63,998 nt of DNA, filler included, from Asterionella formosa (GCA_002256025.1; 17 parts of 17 records of this genome joined end to end with filler, not necessarily neighbours in it); one strand, 5' to 3'. Shown: positions 12,353 through 25,700, counted from the first letter of the whole stretch. Notes: generated by a model from the letters alone, not told the origin. Program-made: numbers and translations.

Positions 12353-12800
12353 TTGCCTTGCTTGTAGTATCTTCAGGTAGATTCAAATGACTGATCTGTA
12401 GTAACAAATACACAAAAACACTTGGGAGTTATAAGATCGCCAAGTATAACTTTCTGTCTGGTGCCGTATAATTGTATCAATGGGGTTGCTTGGAAGATGT
12501 ACGCAACCAGCATAAAATTGAAGGAATAGTATATGCCATTAATATTATCACTGGTGCCTTGCCTTGCAGGCTTATTTTCGGTTATTTTATTAGTGACAAC
12601 GGAAATGATCCTCGCGTGAAAACGTCAGTATCACTGATACCGTTTTTGGAGGGGGCAAAAAAAGGTATCAATTTTGTATCAATGATACAAAATTTATACC
12701 ATCAAGTTACTGTTGCTGATACCGTGTTTTGATACCAACCGTCACTTTTTGCCCGCAACCCGGAAATGATACAGCAAATTCGGAATGATAAGAACGACCC
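11359..12800 (-). mobile_element. PIF/Harbinger-like DNA transposon (one end plus accessory ORF) inserted into a Copia RT
   Basis: On the minus strand, Copia coding ends at TAA (12801-12803) and is followed by GGGTCGTTCTTATCATTCC. TAA plus GG-starting termini is the Harbinger signature. Subterminal TGATAC/GTATCA repeats lie at 12625-12770. Confidence 0.7.
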
Positions 12801-15036
12801 TTAGGATGAGTGGCACAATAATTGAGAAGGTGAGTAATAGCAGTCAAGGTAGCCACAGTGGGGGTTGCTTGTTGTGTAGCCAATGTACCAAGGGCCGGCA
12901 ACATAGTACAGTCAATAGCACGGGCATAATACAATAAAGTACCAAGAATCTCTTGCACACGTGTTTTATCATGGAGGTCAAGGACAGGAGTGACATCAGA
13001 AACAACAAATTGCTGGCGAGCGCCATAACTAGGTGCAGTCCAGGCATGGGGGGCATGTTGTGGGTGTGTTGGGGTGGATTGCGTGAAACATCGTTGTAGA
13101 GCACGAACAATGTAACCAGGCATAGTGAGGTCAACGGTGCGATGTTCGTAGTCCCACATCAGTGTAAGGCCAATGTAATGAGAGCCAGTCCAATCAGTTG
13201 TGAGTCGGTATTTGGTACGTAAAGTGGTGAGGAGATGGTCCACATCACTACGTTTGGTGTAACGTACACCAAAATCATCAACAACAAGCGTAAACATGAG
13301 ATCACTGGTGGTATTCATCCATAGGCCAGGGGTGACTGGGCAGGGGAGATAATGATGCAGGAGCAAGAACTGAGCAAGTCGATCATTGGCAAGTTTACCA
13401 GCCTCAGGCAGCCCAGCATACATGCCATGACGGATTTCGGCATAGATGTGCCCATCAGTGATTTTGGGAGCTAGGTTGTACTAGAGGGTTTGAATGAGTG
13501 GGGGGATCATCCATAAAGGGATGCGCACATATTCATACTTGGCAGGTGCAAGATGACTTTCCAGATAAAAATCAGATAAATCCAGAGTCATGAAGCGGCC
13601 ACCGGGGGTACAGATGGTGCTGTTGAACAAACATTTTGCATTAGTGAGATCAGCAGTCTTGGTGCTGACATTGCCAGTGTAAATGACACGATCACCCCAG
13701 CGGTCTGACGAACGCGTTGGGGAATGGCTTTTTCAGGGCGATCGGCACACACAATGCGGATGTAAGTGGCGCATTTGTGTGAGGGCATCTCATGCTTATG
13801 AATGAAAAAACAGCATTAGTACCCGTGGGCATGTCAGAATGGGGTCCCAAGCCCTGAAATAACCGGCCAATTTCTAAGCCGTTGGCGGTGGCCCACAGGG
13901 GAGCAGAGCTGCAAGTCAATAATTCTCGATATCCAGCAATTTTGCCATTGTCAGGGTTGATAGCGGTGCCATGGAAACAAAAATTAGTGACCAGGGGAGT
14001 AGCACTGGTTTGAGGAGGGGCAGAGAGAGCACAGTTGGCAAGCAAAAATTAGGTGTGGGGACGGGGCACAGTGGTAGTGTCACAAGTGTCCGAAGGGGAA
14101 GGTGGTAGGGGACTGGGCAGCACAACAGCATCGCGATAAGTGCGAGGGGGTGCTGGAATGATCTTGCGGCCACTGGTAGCAGGGGCCCTAGGGGTAGGGT
14201 TAGGGTTACCGGCGAGGTGAGGGTTAGGGTTTGGGGTAGGGTTAACACCACTCGGGTCAATAGGGTTAAGGTTAGGGTTAGGGTTAAGCACCCTCCGTGG
14301 TTGGGCAGCACCATCGAGGGCTGGAGAGACCGGGAAAGGTGAACAGGCATCAGGATCAGGGAGGAGGGGGATGATGGATGCTGTGGGCGTACCAGGCACC
14401 CTCAATGATGGAATGGGGTGATGCAGGAGGGGAGCGATGGGTAGTTGGGTGAGCTCAGGCGGTGAGAGAATTTCAAGAAGCGAGCTGCTGGAGAGCAGCT
14501 TTGTGGGTTGCAGTGAGTGGGGCAACGGGAGACCAAGTGGTGGGATGTAACAAGGCATAGGCAATGTCCTGCAAACTAGTTGTGATGAGGTCAGTGGATG
14601 AATTACAGGGTAGTTGGACTTTGGTTGGAAACCACGAGACAGTATCGCAGATTCTGATTGAACGTGTGTCCCACATCCAGATGCGGTAGCAGCGATAGGA
14701 ATCCACAGCATGGCTGACATACCAACCATCGAGAGCATGCAGAGCCCATGTTGTGCAGTGTTGGGGCTTGGCATGAACAAAGACCCGACAGCCAGGTGGA
14801 GCAAGGGGGACACGGCTGTAATCATATGTTCCATTGACCTGTGCCCAAGCAGACAGTTTGGGGTTGATGCGTGAGCCACGGAAGAGATTAGGAGTAAGTT
14901 CAGCTTGAACTAATAGTTGGTCCCACAAGTGGAGAGGAAAGGTTTTGTCAACACTGCATAGACCGGCAATGAAATGGTTTTGAAAGGTGTGAATTGCGCG
15001 TTCAGTGGCATTGCAATGATGGACAGCCGGCAGGAC
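12801..15036 (-). mobile_element. Degenerate Ty1/copia (CoDi-like) pol: integrase end and RT
   Basis: Integrase C-terminus (NPKLSAWAQVNGTYDYSRVPLAPPG, GWYV...YRCY) and RT motifs (MYAGLPEAGKLAN, TLVVDDFGVRY, GTLLYYARAID, LLNYCATHP), split by several frameshifts. Confidence 0.95.
14191..14288 (+). repeat. Degenerate TTAGGG (telomere-like) tract inside the Copia integrase-RT linker
   Basis: GTAGGGTTAGGGTTA, GAGGGTTAGGGTTTGGGGTAGGGTTA and TAGGGTTAAGGTTAGGGTTAGGGTTA. The minus strand encodes NPNPNLNP repeats. Confidence 0.75.
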
Positions 15037-15261
15037 NNNNNNNNNNNNNNNNNNNNNNNNNNNNNNNNNNNNNNNNNNNNTTAATTAATTAANNNNNNNN
15101 NNNNNNNNNNNNNNNNNNNNNNNNNNNNNNNNNNNNGATTTGCTCAACTGCTGAACCGGTTTCTGCAAGCCGTTTTCCAGTTGTAGAAATGGGAATGGGA
15201 TTGCTGAAACAGGACTGATTAGTAGTTGAGTATTGACTAAAAACAAATTTAGCCTGGTTTC

Positions 15262-15470
15262 TTGTTGATCAGTTGATATACATTGTGTGATGATAATTTT
15301 TTTATTATCATTATACTTCATGTTTGGTAAAATAATAAAATAATCATCATAGTTAGTACAGGATACCTTGATCATAGTTTTAAGCCAAAAATTATCATAT
15401 ACATGAAAATCCTGTACCACTTAGCTAGCATACAATACCCTTGATCCTGTATGAATTATCCTTTTTTTGC
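15262..15470 (+). repeat. AT-rich dispersed repeat shared with 18952-19150
   Basis: Aligned blocks TGTTGATCAGTT.ATATACATTGTGTGATGATAAT, GATACCTTGATCATA, AAAATCCTGT.CCACTTAGC and TACAATACCCTTGATC occur in both contigs. Confidence 0.9.
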
Positions 15471-16015
15471 AGACGATGAAAAGATGAGAGAGCTTTTTAA
15501 ATTAGAGGGAAAAGGAAGTAAACTGAGTCTAGAATTTATTTTCAAAGTCTAGAATTTATTTTCAAAGGGTGTTGGCGAATTTTGAAGGATGCCCAAAAGT
15601 GGAAGGGTGGGTTTGGAGATGTCCGAGATCAGCAGGAAATCACAAAGAAGGGCCCTGAGTTACTAGTTTTGCTTCCCATGGGGAATTAAGCAGCAAAAGA
15701 TTGTAAGCTGCTTGAAAATACTCAGCTTGTTATGAACAACAAATTGTGCAGATGTTAGAAAGAAAGGTGAAGAATTAACGTGATGAATTTTTGTCCAAGA
15801 TTTTCTCTCTCAATATTAATTCAGAGGAAGCCAAAAGGTGGTTTGCTTTGAAGACTCAAGAAGATATGGAGGAGATGGAGGATATTTCAAAACCATCACG
15901 AAAAAATCCCATGACCGGTTCTTTGAAGTCAGACAATGCAGTTGAATTCGATATTTCAACTTCTCGTTCATCATCTACTAATGATGAGGTTTCGATTATA
16001 GAGACTGGACCATAA
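15470..16015 (+). pseudogene. Harbinger partner protein C-terminal remnant (NAM-associated-like domain)
   Basis: EFIFKGCWRILKDAQKW and PMG..KAAK motifs. A 20-bp tandem duplication (15526-15565) breaks the frame. Convergent with the Harbinger transposase. Confidence 0.7.
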
Positions 16016-16135
16016 GAGTATTTAAAAAGTTTGCTTATAGTGACATTACATTATACTATTCATTTCATTACCGCCATTCTAGAACTTATATTTTACAGAC
16101 TTTCAATTATTAATCTAGAATCAAGTTATCATCAT

Positions 16136-17420
16136 CTACTTTCTGTTCTCGTTTGAATTCACAAGCAAGTGCTTAATCGAAATATTACGCATTTGAAAGT
16201 GCTCACCTTCACTCATGCAGTTCATTCTAATATTCTTGAAATCATGAAATGTATGTACATTGTCATGATTCACGTTGTCAACCAAAAATCCATCCTGAAT
16301 ATTGTCAAATACATTTTCATTTGTATTTTCAGTTTCCCACTCGTCCTCTATGATCATGTTGTGCAAAATGATGCATGTAATAAGTACACTGTTCATAGCA
16401 CCCACTGACCAAAGTATACATGGAAGTGCTAGGATCCTCCACCTGGCCTGTAGAACTCCAAATGCTCGCTCGACGTCCTTGCGCTGTGCCTCCGCCTGAC
16501 GCATTGAGAACTAGCTCCACTTTGGACCTTGTGGCTCTGAAATTCTCTTGACAAATATATGCCTATTTGGGTAGATTCAGTCAACCAAATAATACCCCAG
16601 ATTGTGTTGTTGGTTGTTGATGGCAAACTGTACTTTTAGAGTCTTTTTAACTGACAAATCATGGAAAAACGGTGAACGATCCAAAATATTAAGATCATTG
16701 TTTGCCCTGGGCATTCCAAACCATGCATGCCAGAACCAAAGTCTACAATCAACTGCAGCTTTCAAAGTATTTGTCGCCACTCCTTCTTTTCCTTGATATG
16801 CTCCTCTGTTTGCTTTGGGACAGTTTTTCCACTCCCAATCCATGATGTCCAATCTACCAAGAAGCCCTGGCCAACCCTTTCCTTCATGAAAACGTAGAAT
16901 TATCTCAAGGTCAGAATCATCTCAAGGTCCTCTTTGGTCGGAGCACACTCCTCTTTCCCATACCTGCCTGTTGATTATTTCGTTTTAGACGTGTTGCAAA
17001 ACCTCTTGAGTGTTGTTGACTCTGACATCCTTTTTATATCGTCCAACTGATAAGCCGATGTTCCATAGTAGGCTAACATGCAAAACGCCAAGGTAAGTTT
17101 TTGGTGTGGCGAAAATCCCAGTAAACCCAAGGGATCCTTGCTTCTTCTTTGAAAAGTAAGAATCCGAAGCAACCAAATCATCAAGAATCTTCTCAAACAC
17201 TGAACATCTCATCCAGATCTCATCCGGAAGCGCCTCCTGAACATTGCAGACGAGTAAATCGGATTTTCACCAAAATAATCCTTTTTCAAAAGCTTGTCAT
17301 AGTCTGTTGGAAAACAATTGAGATTGGATGCCTTTCCCAGCTTTGATCCTCCTCCCTTGTTTCTTTTTGGCTTCCGCATATTGCGGAAGTGGACGAAGGG
17401 ATCGTCATCTGACTAGTCGC
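16136..17420 (-). pseudogene. PIF/Harbinger DDE transposase, frameshifted
   Basis: Motifs LGFSPHQKLT, WEWKNCPKANRGAYQGKEG, LWFWHAWFGMP.ANNDLNILDRSP, GYYLVD and QEAQRKDVERAFGVLQARW...CIILHNMIIED across several frames. Confidence 0.95.
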
Positions 17421-18073
17421 TATTATTTCTCATTTTCGCTGTGTCAAAACAAAAGTTATTTATTGGTTTTATAATATAGAAGCCACAATTCTCCACTACG
17501 AACAATATTCAAGTACATAGTCGTAGTATTTTTTGATGGGCAGTACCAGATAAGCTTATTGCTATCTGTTTAAAAATAATGTATGTATGCGGCTACTTCA
17601 TGGATTAAAAGCTATACACACGAAACTTCAGTCTACCTTTATTTCTATTGGCTAAAAATTTACGCATGAGATTTGACTAATATAGGATTTGGTCGATGCG
17701 GTGAAATTTTATTTTTTTTCGACTTTTGATGAAAAAATTTTCGACCAAGTGACGTGATTCGATATTTTCAACTGCTTTGCAGAGGCACCAAGAATAAACA
17801 GAGCGGACATTCCAATGCATACCGGTAGTCACTGACTAGCCGGCTGGCTACCGATCAAGTACAATATACCGTAGTACTGAAAATAAAATCCTTCCGCTCC
17901 TAAAAAAGATAATATAGAAATCGAGCAACGGTGATGGTCGTTTACACCTGTACAAGTACACACGATAATGCAAATGCTCAACGCATTCGGAATTTTCTTT
18001 AGCGAGATCGAGCGCCACGCACAGGTAAGAATCCGTGTTCACTATGTACCGGGATACAATTTGGACCACTTTA

Positions 18074-18340
18074 GTACGTAAATTCACAAGGAATAACAAT
18101 CTAAATACCTGTATATTACTCACGAGCATATTTCATTCATAGTACCAGTTGCCAGCAGTAGTACCAGGGTGTTCCTGGGTCCAGTACCTGGTACCGGTAC
18201 ACTTTTGTACGTAAATTCACAAGGAATACCAATCTTCATACCTGTATATTACTCACGAGCATATTTCATTCATTGTACCAGTTGCTCCTGGGTCCAGTAC
18301 CTGGTACCAGGGGTACCGGTATCTGGTACCGGAGTACCTG
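18074..18340 (+). repeat. About 133-bp tandem duplication with GGTACC-rich variable tails
   Basis: GTACGTAAATTCACAAGGAATA.CAATCT..ATACCTGTATATTACTCACGAGCATATTTCATTCAT at 18074 and 18207. Confidence 0.9.
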
Positions 18341-18386
18341 TCAAAGGTAGCGGCAGACTAAAAATACGTGTTGGCATCACTTGGTA

Positions 18387-18484
18387 CCCAGCAATTTGCG
18401 GTGATTTTGCTGAAACTAAACGTTTAGCTATCTTTATCCCATATCAAATTGTTAGTTCAAGCAAAGCTACCGCAACTTGCAGGG
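18387..18484 (+). mobile_element. About 98-bp TA-flanked MITE (family A)
   Basis: TA-CCCAGCAATTTGCGGT...ACCGCAACTTGCAGGG-TA. Core TTTAGCTATCTTTATCCCA is shared with copies at 29112, 29343, 33646 and 48690. Confidence 0.85.
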
Positions 18485-18570
18485 TACTCGAAGTTTTTTT
18501 GACTTCATTCATGTAATCACTTAATCCGCCAAACCCTTAATACGACACGGCGCAACCGATCACATCCAAC

Positions 18571-18814
18571 ATGTTTACCACTCAGAACGCAGCTGTCGCT
18601 GCCAGCTCTGCAGGAACCTTTGCCAAAGACCAGGCTGCAGAACTCACTCAATTGGCGTCGAATGGAGACTTTTCTATTCGTATCTTAGCCCTCTTGGGAG
18701 CCATTGCTATGGTCGTGGTCAGCGTCATTGGATTCCTAGGCAAGATTTTGACTTTGCACTTTGTTTCTGCGTTAATTGAAGTCTACGTCTTTGCTTTGGC
18801 TATTGTCATCATTA
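18571..18814 (+). CDS. Membrane protein, COPI-associated/TVP15-like N-terminus, 3'-truncated
   Basis: Good start context (CAACATG). SIRILALLGAIAMVV TM1, then ALIEVYVFALAIVII TM2. Open to the contig end. Confidence 0.6.
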
Positions 18815-19396
18815 NNNNNNNNNNNNNNNNNNNNNNNNNNNNNNNNNNNNNNNNNNNNTTAATTAATTAANNNNNNNNNNNNNNNNNNNNNNNNNNNNNN
18901 NNNNNNNNNNNNNNATAATATGAAAAGGCTTATGATATTGATGGGAAATGTTGTTGATCAGTTTATATACATTGTGTGATGATAATGTTCTTATTATCAT
19001 TATACTTCAAGGTCGGTAACATATTAATAAATCATCATAGATACAAGATACCTTGATCATATTTTGGATCCAAAAATTATCATATATACGAAAATCCTGT
19101 GCCACTTAGCGTACAATACCCTTGATCATATTATCATGATATTTTTTTTACAGAAGCTGACTTTTGCTGTTCCTGTATGCAATTTGGTAATGATAGTTAA
19201 TGTACCCTATTGCCATGGAAAATTCGACAGAGGACAGAGCATCATACGTCTTTGGATAACAACTGTCTATCCCCATTTGTTCCCAATAAGAGGATCTTGT
19301 GAAAAGGCAACGTCTGTGAATCGATTTTCCATTAGATCTAATTTTTTGCTCAGCATACGTTAAAAAACTGGTTGATCATTCAAATATGTTGACATG

Positions 19397-19715
19397 TTGA
19401 TGATAATTTTGATATATCAATGGGAGTGTCTGTATGATCAATCAAACTTGTACGTCAGGTTCTTTTCATACACACGTTAGGTTATGCATGTATAAGAACT
19501 CATATATATATGTTACCAAATCTAATCGGTTAATCCAAATTGTCGATGTATTAATCAAATGTTTTGTTATTTTGATGATAATTTTGATATATCAATGATT
19601 GTGTTGGTGTGTTCAATCAAATTTGTTTGTCAGATTATTTGCTCACACACATCAGGTTGCGCATAGATAGAAGTCATATATATTAGGTATCAAAACTAAT
19701 CTGATAACCCAAATG
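19397..19715 (+). repeat. Two diverged tandem units of about 175 bp
   Basis: TTGATGATAATTTTGATATATCAATG...TCAATCAAA.TTGT..GTCAG...CACAC..AGGTT recurs at about 19397 and 19572. Confidence 0.85.
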
Positions 19716-21136
19716 GTTTGATATATTGATACATTGTTTGATTGATCAATAGCTGTTGCTCTTTGATCAATTATTGTTTTAGCAAAGGTAATGACTTTAC
19801 ACAGATCACCTTACGTGTATATAAACCTTGTACCCGACAATGCTATCAGAATTAATTCTGTGCAACAATGGTGCGTTCCTTGTTGCCATTCCGATTTGAA
19901 TGCTCTACCGGTACATGCTTTGATCCAATTCTTGTACCGGTAGTATTCTTCATTATCTCTCCATTCGCATATCAGTAATCGAATTTCTTACAAGCCATGT
20001 GCGTTTGTTGAACAATCCCTTACAAGCTACCTTCTTGTGGGGACGACGATGATCTCAGTCTTATAACGAATGATATGGTCTTGATATTGATGGGGAATAA
20101 TGCTGGCGACGTTTGATTGTTTGTTTGTTACTCGAAATTAAAAGCTTTGGTCAATTAATACGGCAGAATTGGAGAACGATGCATCGAAGGCCATACCCGA
20201 TTCCAGTTCCAACTGAAATCAAGAAGATAGTACCTTTTGATGATAATTCGCGCATTGCGAACATCGATCCGTATTTCGAATCTGTTCTTCAAGATGAGAT
20301 GTGGATCAAAGTGAAGATGGACCAGATGGCGGCGCAGTTTTTTGCTCATGGCCTTAATCATGGGTCTTCCATTCTCATTGACTAGCTATTGGCAAGAAGA
20401 TTTTCCAACCAACCAAGGATGGTGGATGGTCATGTGGTCTCTTTACAATTGTGAAATTTATGGAATTACTACTACAACTACAATACAGGCGAGAAACCAA
20501 TTTTATAGGAAAACGAAGTGAGCCACGTTTAACAAAGGATAGTTGGGATACAATTATGAATATGAAATTTGAGGGTGAAAAACAAAAGGGATGGTCATTT
20601 ACTGGTAATCCAGAGAATGACGTTGAAGAAGCAGTTATGGTAGATGTTCTCAACACCATTGTGGTTCATGTTGTGACAAAGTTGCAGCAATTGAGTTCAA
20701 TCCTGAATTCGAGCTATCTCCGATGTTAACTACAACTGAACTGACATCTCTTAGTAAATGGTTCATCATCCCGTAGAATCTTACCATTGGCATGGTAGTA
20801 AGGAAACCTTGAAATTTGAAAAAGAATACAAATGTGCGTTGCTGAGGGCATACAGATATGATGTTCTCCTGAATGACAGCCAGTATGATATACTGGAGCA
20901 GCGTCAATGTTTTCCTAATATCCATGATATGGTATGTGCATTGTAGTAGTCTCACACTAACTATATATATTATGTAACTACTAAGCATGCATTGGATTCT
21001 ATTAGATCCATTCAACATCAACATCGTCATCAATGTCCGGTTGATTAATTCAGTTATTGTAATCAATATTCTTCTCAGGAACAATTGGTTGAAGTGGTTC
21101 AACATAATGATGCATATCCTCTTCACTTATGTCTGC

Positions 21137-21700
21137 AAATAAAAACTATCATATTTCCATGATGCATCATAAGATTTTCGTTCTATCATCTAATAATTTT
21201 GATAAATGCCCTTGTAATATAAATAGTAACCCTTTTGACCACATATTTTTAATTATTATATTTATTGTTTCTATTTGATTCCTGTATTCGAATTTTTTGG
21301 TAGGATAATGTACCAGCTGAAGAAATGTAATTTGGCTCGTCATTTCCATCCGTCATCACTCTGATTTTTGCAACAACGACGAAATACTAGCGATGACAAG
21401 CAGAATGAATGTTTGCGATAATGTCTTCAATTTGTTGGTCATGTGATCATTATATCTTCGAGTAATCGTCATGTGCAGTGAACCTTTGTTCATAATCATT
21501 CAATTAACAAGAGATTACAGGAGAGAAGAAATCATTCGAACTCATAATGGTTCCGCACACAGCGCACAAAGTAAATCCGTTTCGTCAACTTCAGCATGAC
21601 AATTTCGCCAATCAACCTGAAAACAAACACATTCTACTTGTTTTTGTTGGCATTTTCAATTCTCACATGATAATACATCTACTATTGAGATTCAGCATAG
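21137..21700 (+). repeat. Dispersed repeat shared with 49069-49680
   Basis: Aligned blocks ATCATATTTCCATGATGCATCATA, ATCATCTAATAATTTTGATAAATGCCCT, GGTAGGATAATGTACCAG, GAATGAATGTTTG.GATAA and TAATACATCTA. Confidence 0.85.
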
Positions 21701-21883
21701 AATGAGATACGAAAATGTGCCCTCAAGAGAGCGAAAGTAAGTGGCTCTCTGCATTGTTGTTTGCTTGTAAGAAAAATTTGATATCTGTTTCGTCATTTGC
21801 TTTTTGGAACTGTCGGTTGCCTCAAACCTCCTTGGCATGTGCGTACACACACTACCGACTTGTTTTCATTGGTATGTTGTTCA

Positions 21884-22591
21884 AAGAAGGCTTTCACTGT
21901 TGCTTTGATTGCTCGACTTTTGAAGAGAGAAAGCTTGTCACAGAGGATATACCCTAGATCTTTCATTGTCAATGAATCAGACATTGAATTGGATAGTGAT
22001 AATGATAATCACGAAGATTCATCAATTAATGATGAGGAATTCAAAGTCGATGAAGATTGCGAAGATGATAAAATGATGAAAGGATTGACAAAGTTCAAGA
22101 GGCAACAGCAGTGCAGCCACATGAGTCTTTGGTCGATCCTCAGTTTGAACAAGAGGAAGTGAACCCTCCTGTAAAAAAGGCGAAAAAGAATAAGGCACAG
22201 GCAAAGTCAACCCCTCCAGATGCTGTGACCTGCATCAACACATACTTCCGTGTCATTAATGTCTACATGTGCAACAAGCATCGCAGTGATGTTTTGCGTC
22301 TAGGTCAGCCACCAACTCTGGCTGAACTTGATGCAAGAAGATTTCGACACAAGTTCATTTTCGATCGACTTGTTGTCACATATAATGATGATGAGGATGA
22401 CGACTGCATCATTCTAGCATTTCCCGAAGATGAATACTGGGACCAAGCTGGAATTGATGCTGACTACGCAAAAAAATATGATGTCCTCACTTCCAAAGAC
22501 TTTTCATTGGTAATGGGATACATTATTCATCATTATCAAGTTGCCTATCGAAAAAACAAACAATCAGGCAATCATGATGATTTTGTCAAAT
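21884..22591 (+). pseudogene. Second, 5'-truncated and frameshifted copy of the 11359-12352 accessory ORF
   Basis: Near-identical reverse complement of 11359-12064. Both contigs break at the same base (TTTTGTCAAAT). Confidence 0.95.
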
Positions 22592-22735
22592 NNNNNNNNN
22601 NNNNNNNNNNNNNNNNNNNNNNNNNNNNNNNNNNNTTAATTAATTAANNNNNNNNNNNNNNNNNNNNNNNNNNNNNNNNNNNNNNNNNNNNGTACCAGAC
22701 CATCCAGAGTCTGAAGAAGTCGCACAAGGCGCATC

Positions 22736-25700
22736 ATGAGTGGCAAAGGAAAGTTTACCAAGAAGGCTCAAGCCAAGGGCAAGTTTCAAGCCAAGGGAGG
22801 GAGCAATATTGCTTCTCAGTCAATCAAGAAGTCAGTCAATGACTATAACTACTACCTCGGATCATCTAAGCAGGCATCTGATTATGAGACTACTACTGAG
22901 TACCTCATCAATCATATCAAGAAAGTGTTTGACTATGGCAACGACATAGGAACCGCGCTCGAGTTATTAGAACCAATGAGCACATTGGCATGGAAGCCAA
23001 GAATGCAAGTGAGCATTGCAACAACAGAAGAAGATCGCGCTGCAGAAAATCGACAATATGAGATTGAGTTCAAGGCTGACTATGACACCTACAGTAAAAG
23101 GGTACAGGCCTACGAAAATAATAATACCAAGGCATATGCGTTGCTCTGGGAAAGATGCAACAAAGCCATGAAGAACAAGATTGAAGCAAGATCCGATTAC
23201 AATAGGATCAAAAATAACTCAATAACATTGCTTATGGCAATTGAAGAACACGCACAATTATGACCGGGCTGAACACTCAACAGTCACTCGGCAACAATGA
23301 ATACCCGAAGACCATCACCGAATCAAATAATGTTCTCAGCAACCATCGGTTTGATGTAACAAATAAATCTGTCTACAAGAAACCAGGAGATAATGATAAA
23401 GAGAGGAAACAAAAGGATGCAGGCAGGGAAGACGAAGACGTGAACTTATCGTTTGCACAGTTAGAAGGAAAATTATCTGCTGCGGAAAAGCAGGTCACAA
23501 ATCCCCTTTGTTTCAAGACAAGAATAAACCCAAAGAGGAATGGGCTATCAACAAGGCCCAAAGCCATGCACAGGCACAGGCTACTATTACATCCGACATG
23601 AGTACAGTTACCTCTGTTAATTCCAACAACCCGCCGTCATCACAAGCTTCACAACAAGCAAATGCCAATCAATTTGGATGGACAGGAGCTTATATGAAAC
23701 TACAATTTTACCAAGCATCTGAGATGCGTGACTGGATACTATTGGATAATCAATCAAGTGTCACAGTCTTTTGCAATCCAAAAATGGTTAATAACATTCA
23801 AATGTCAACCAACGGAAGCATGCACCTGGCCACAAATGGTGTATCCATGGTAACTAATATGAAGGCTGATCTTCCAGAATGGGGAGAAGTATGGTTTAAT
23901 GAAAAGGCAATCACAAACATCTTCAGTTATGCCGAAATGGCAGATAGGTACAGAATTACCTATGACTCTGAGAAAGAAGATGCATTCATTGTTCATTTGC
24001 CTGACAAAACAGTTCGATTTGAAAGAATTGGGATGAACTTATATGTTTTCAAGCCAACTACAAGAATTAGAGCGGAGAATGCTCAAATGTTAAATACACT
24101 TGAGGAAAACAAAACATTTTACACTGAACGTCAATTTCAGAGAGCTAAGCAAGCTCGTGATCTATTTCATGCCTTGGGTACACCATCAATTAACGATTTC
24201 AAGGCAATAATTCATATGAATACGATCAACAATAATCCAGTCACTACCGATGATATCAAAATTGCAGAGAAAATTTTTGGACCTGACATCAGAACACTAA
24301 AAGGCAAGACAACTCGTCGCAAGCCACTGCCAGTCGTGACTGACTACATCGAGATTCCTAAGGAGCTTATTCAAGCTCAACGCGAAGTGACTCTTTGCAT
24401 GGATGGAATGAAAGTCAATTGACAATCATTTCTCACAACAATTTCTCGAAACATTATGAATAGGACAGCGCAATGGGTCAAGAATCAGACAGCTGAAGTC
24501 TATCGAGATGCTTTGATTCAAGTATTCCGTGTTTATAATACCGGAGGAATTAAAATTACAACAATCCACTGTGACAACGAGTTTCGACCTTTGATGGAAT
24601 AAATTTCCAATGAATTTCAAGTCACTATGAACTACGCAAACCCACAAGAACATGTTCCTGAAGCGGAGCAAAATAATCGAGTGATTAAAGAACGCGTGTG
24701 CGCAGCATATCATCGATTACCTTTCAAACATTTGCCGCGACTGATGATTAAGATTCTAGTGACAGAATCTGCAAGGAAACTGAATTTCTTTCCGGCAAAG
24801 AATGGGATATCCCCGTATTACAGTCCTCGTATGATTTTACATCAACGAAACCTGGACTATGCTCAACATTGCCAGTATAAATTTGGCACTTATGTCCAAG
24901 CACATGAAGAACCTGTGTTTTCAAACACTAATGCACCCCGTAGCCTAGATTGCATTTTTCTACGCTACAATGACAATGTGCAAGGAGGTCATGAATTGTT
25001 ACACCTACCTACACATTCATTGATCACTAGACGAACAATTACTCCTCTACCACTTACCCCAGCAATCATGAATCAAGTACACGCCCTTGCTGTGCAGGAG
25101 AATATGCCAGATGGTCTCAAGATATCAAATCGAACGGGACAACTATTTTATGATAGTGCTTGGATTGCAGGAGTGGATTATGATAACGAAGCATTTGAAG
25201 ATGCACAAGATAAAGATTATGAAGATCAAGATGCTAGTGAGGACGACGTAAGCAATGAAAAAATTTTCGGAGAAGAAGACTATGAGGAAATGACTCCGGA
25301 TGAAATATATGAAGCAGAACAGCTCGAATTAAACAACAATACTCAAGAGGATGACCCTGAACCTGACGAGTGCAACAATGAGAATAATATTGAAATTAAT
25401 TCAGACGAAATCCAAGATGAGGATGAAGAGCCAGTAAATGAAACTGAAAATGAAGAGGCATTGTTAGAAGTCAATCCAAGCACTCAGGATGACTCAGACC
25501 CAAATGATAGAACTACAAGGTCTGGAAGAATCTCAAGATCACCATCAAAACTAAATATGGTCCAAAATCATTTGCATACCCAAGCACACTGTCAAGAAGA
25601 ATACACGACTGATAATGCGAAAGTTATCGCAAAGACAATGTGTTATATGAATGAGATGTGTATCGATAAAGAAGCATTTCACTTTGTTCAGTCATACAGC

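Noticed and set aside
12707..12800. Novel C-terminal domain fused to Copia RT (KGRSYHSEF...)
   Set aside because: It is read-through into the inserted transposon end.
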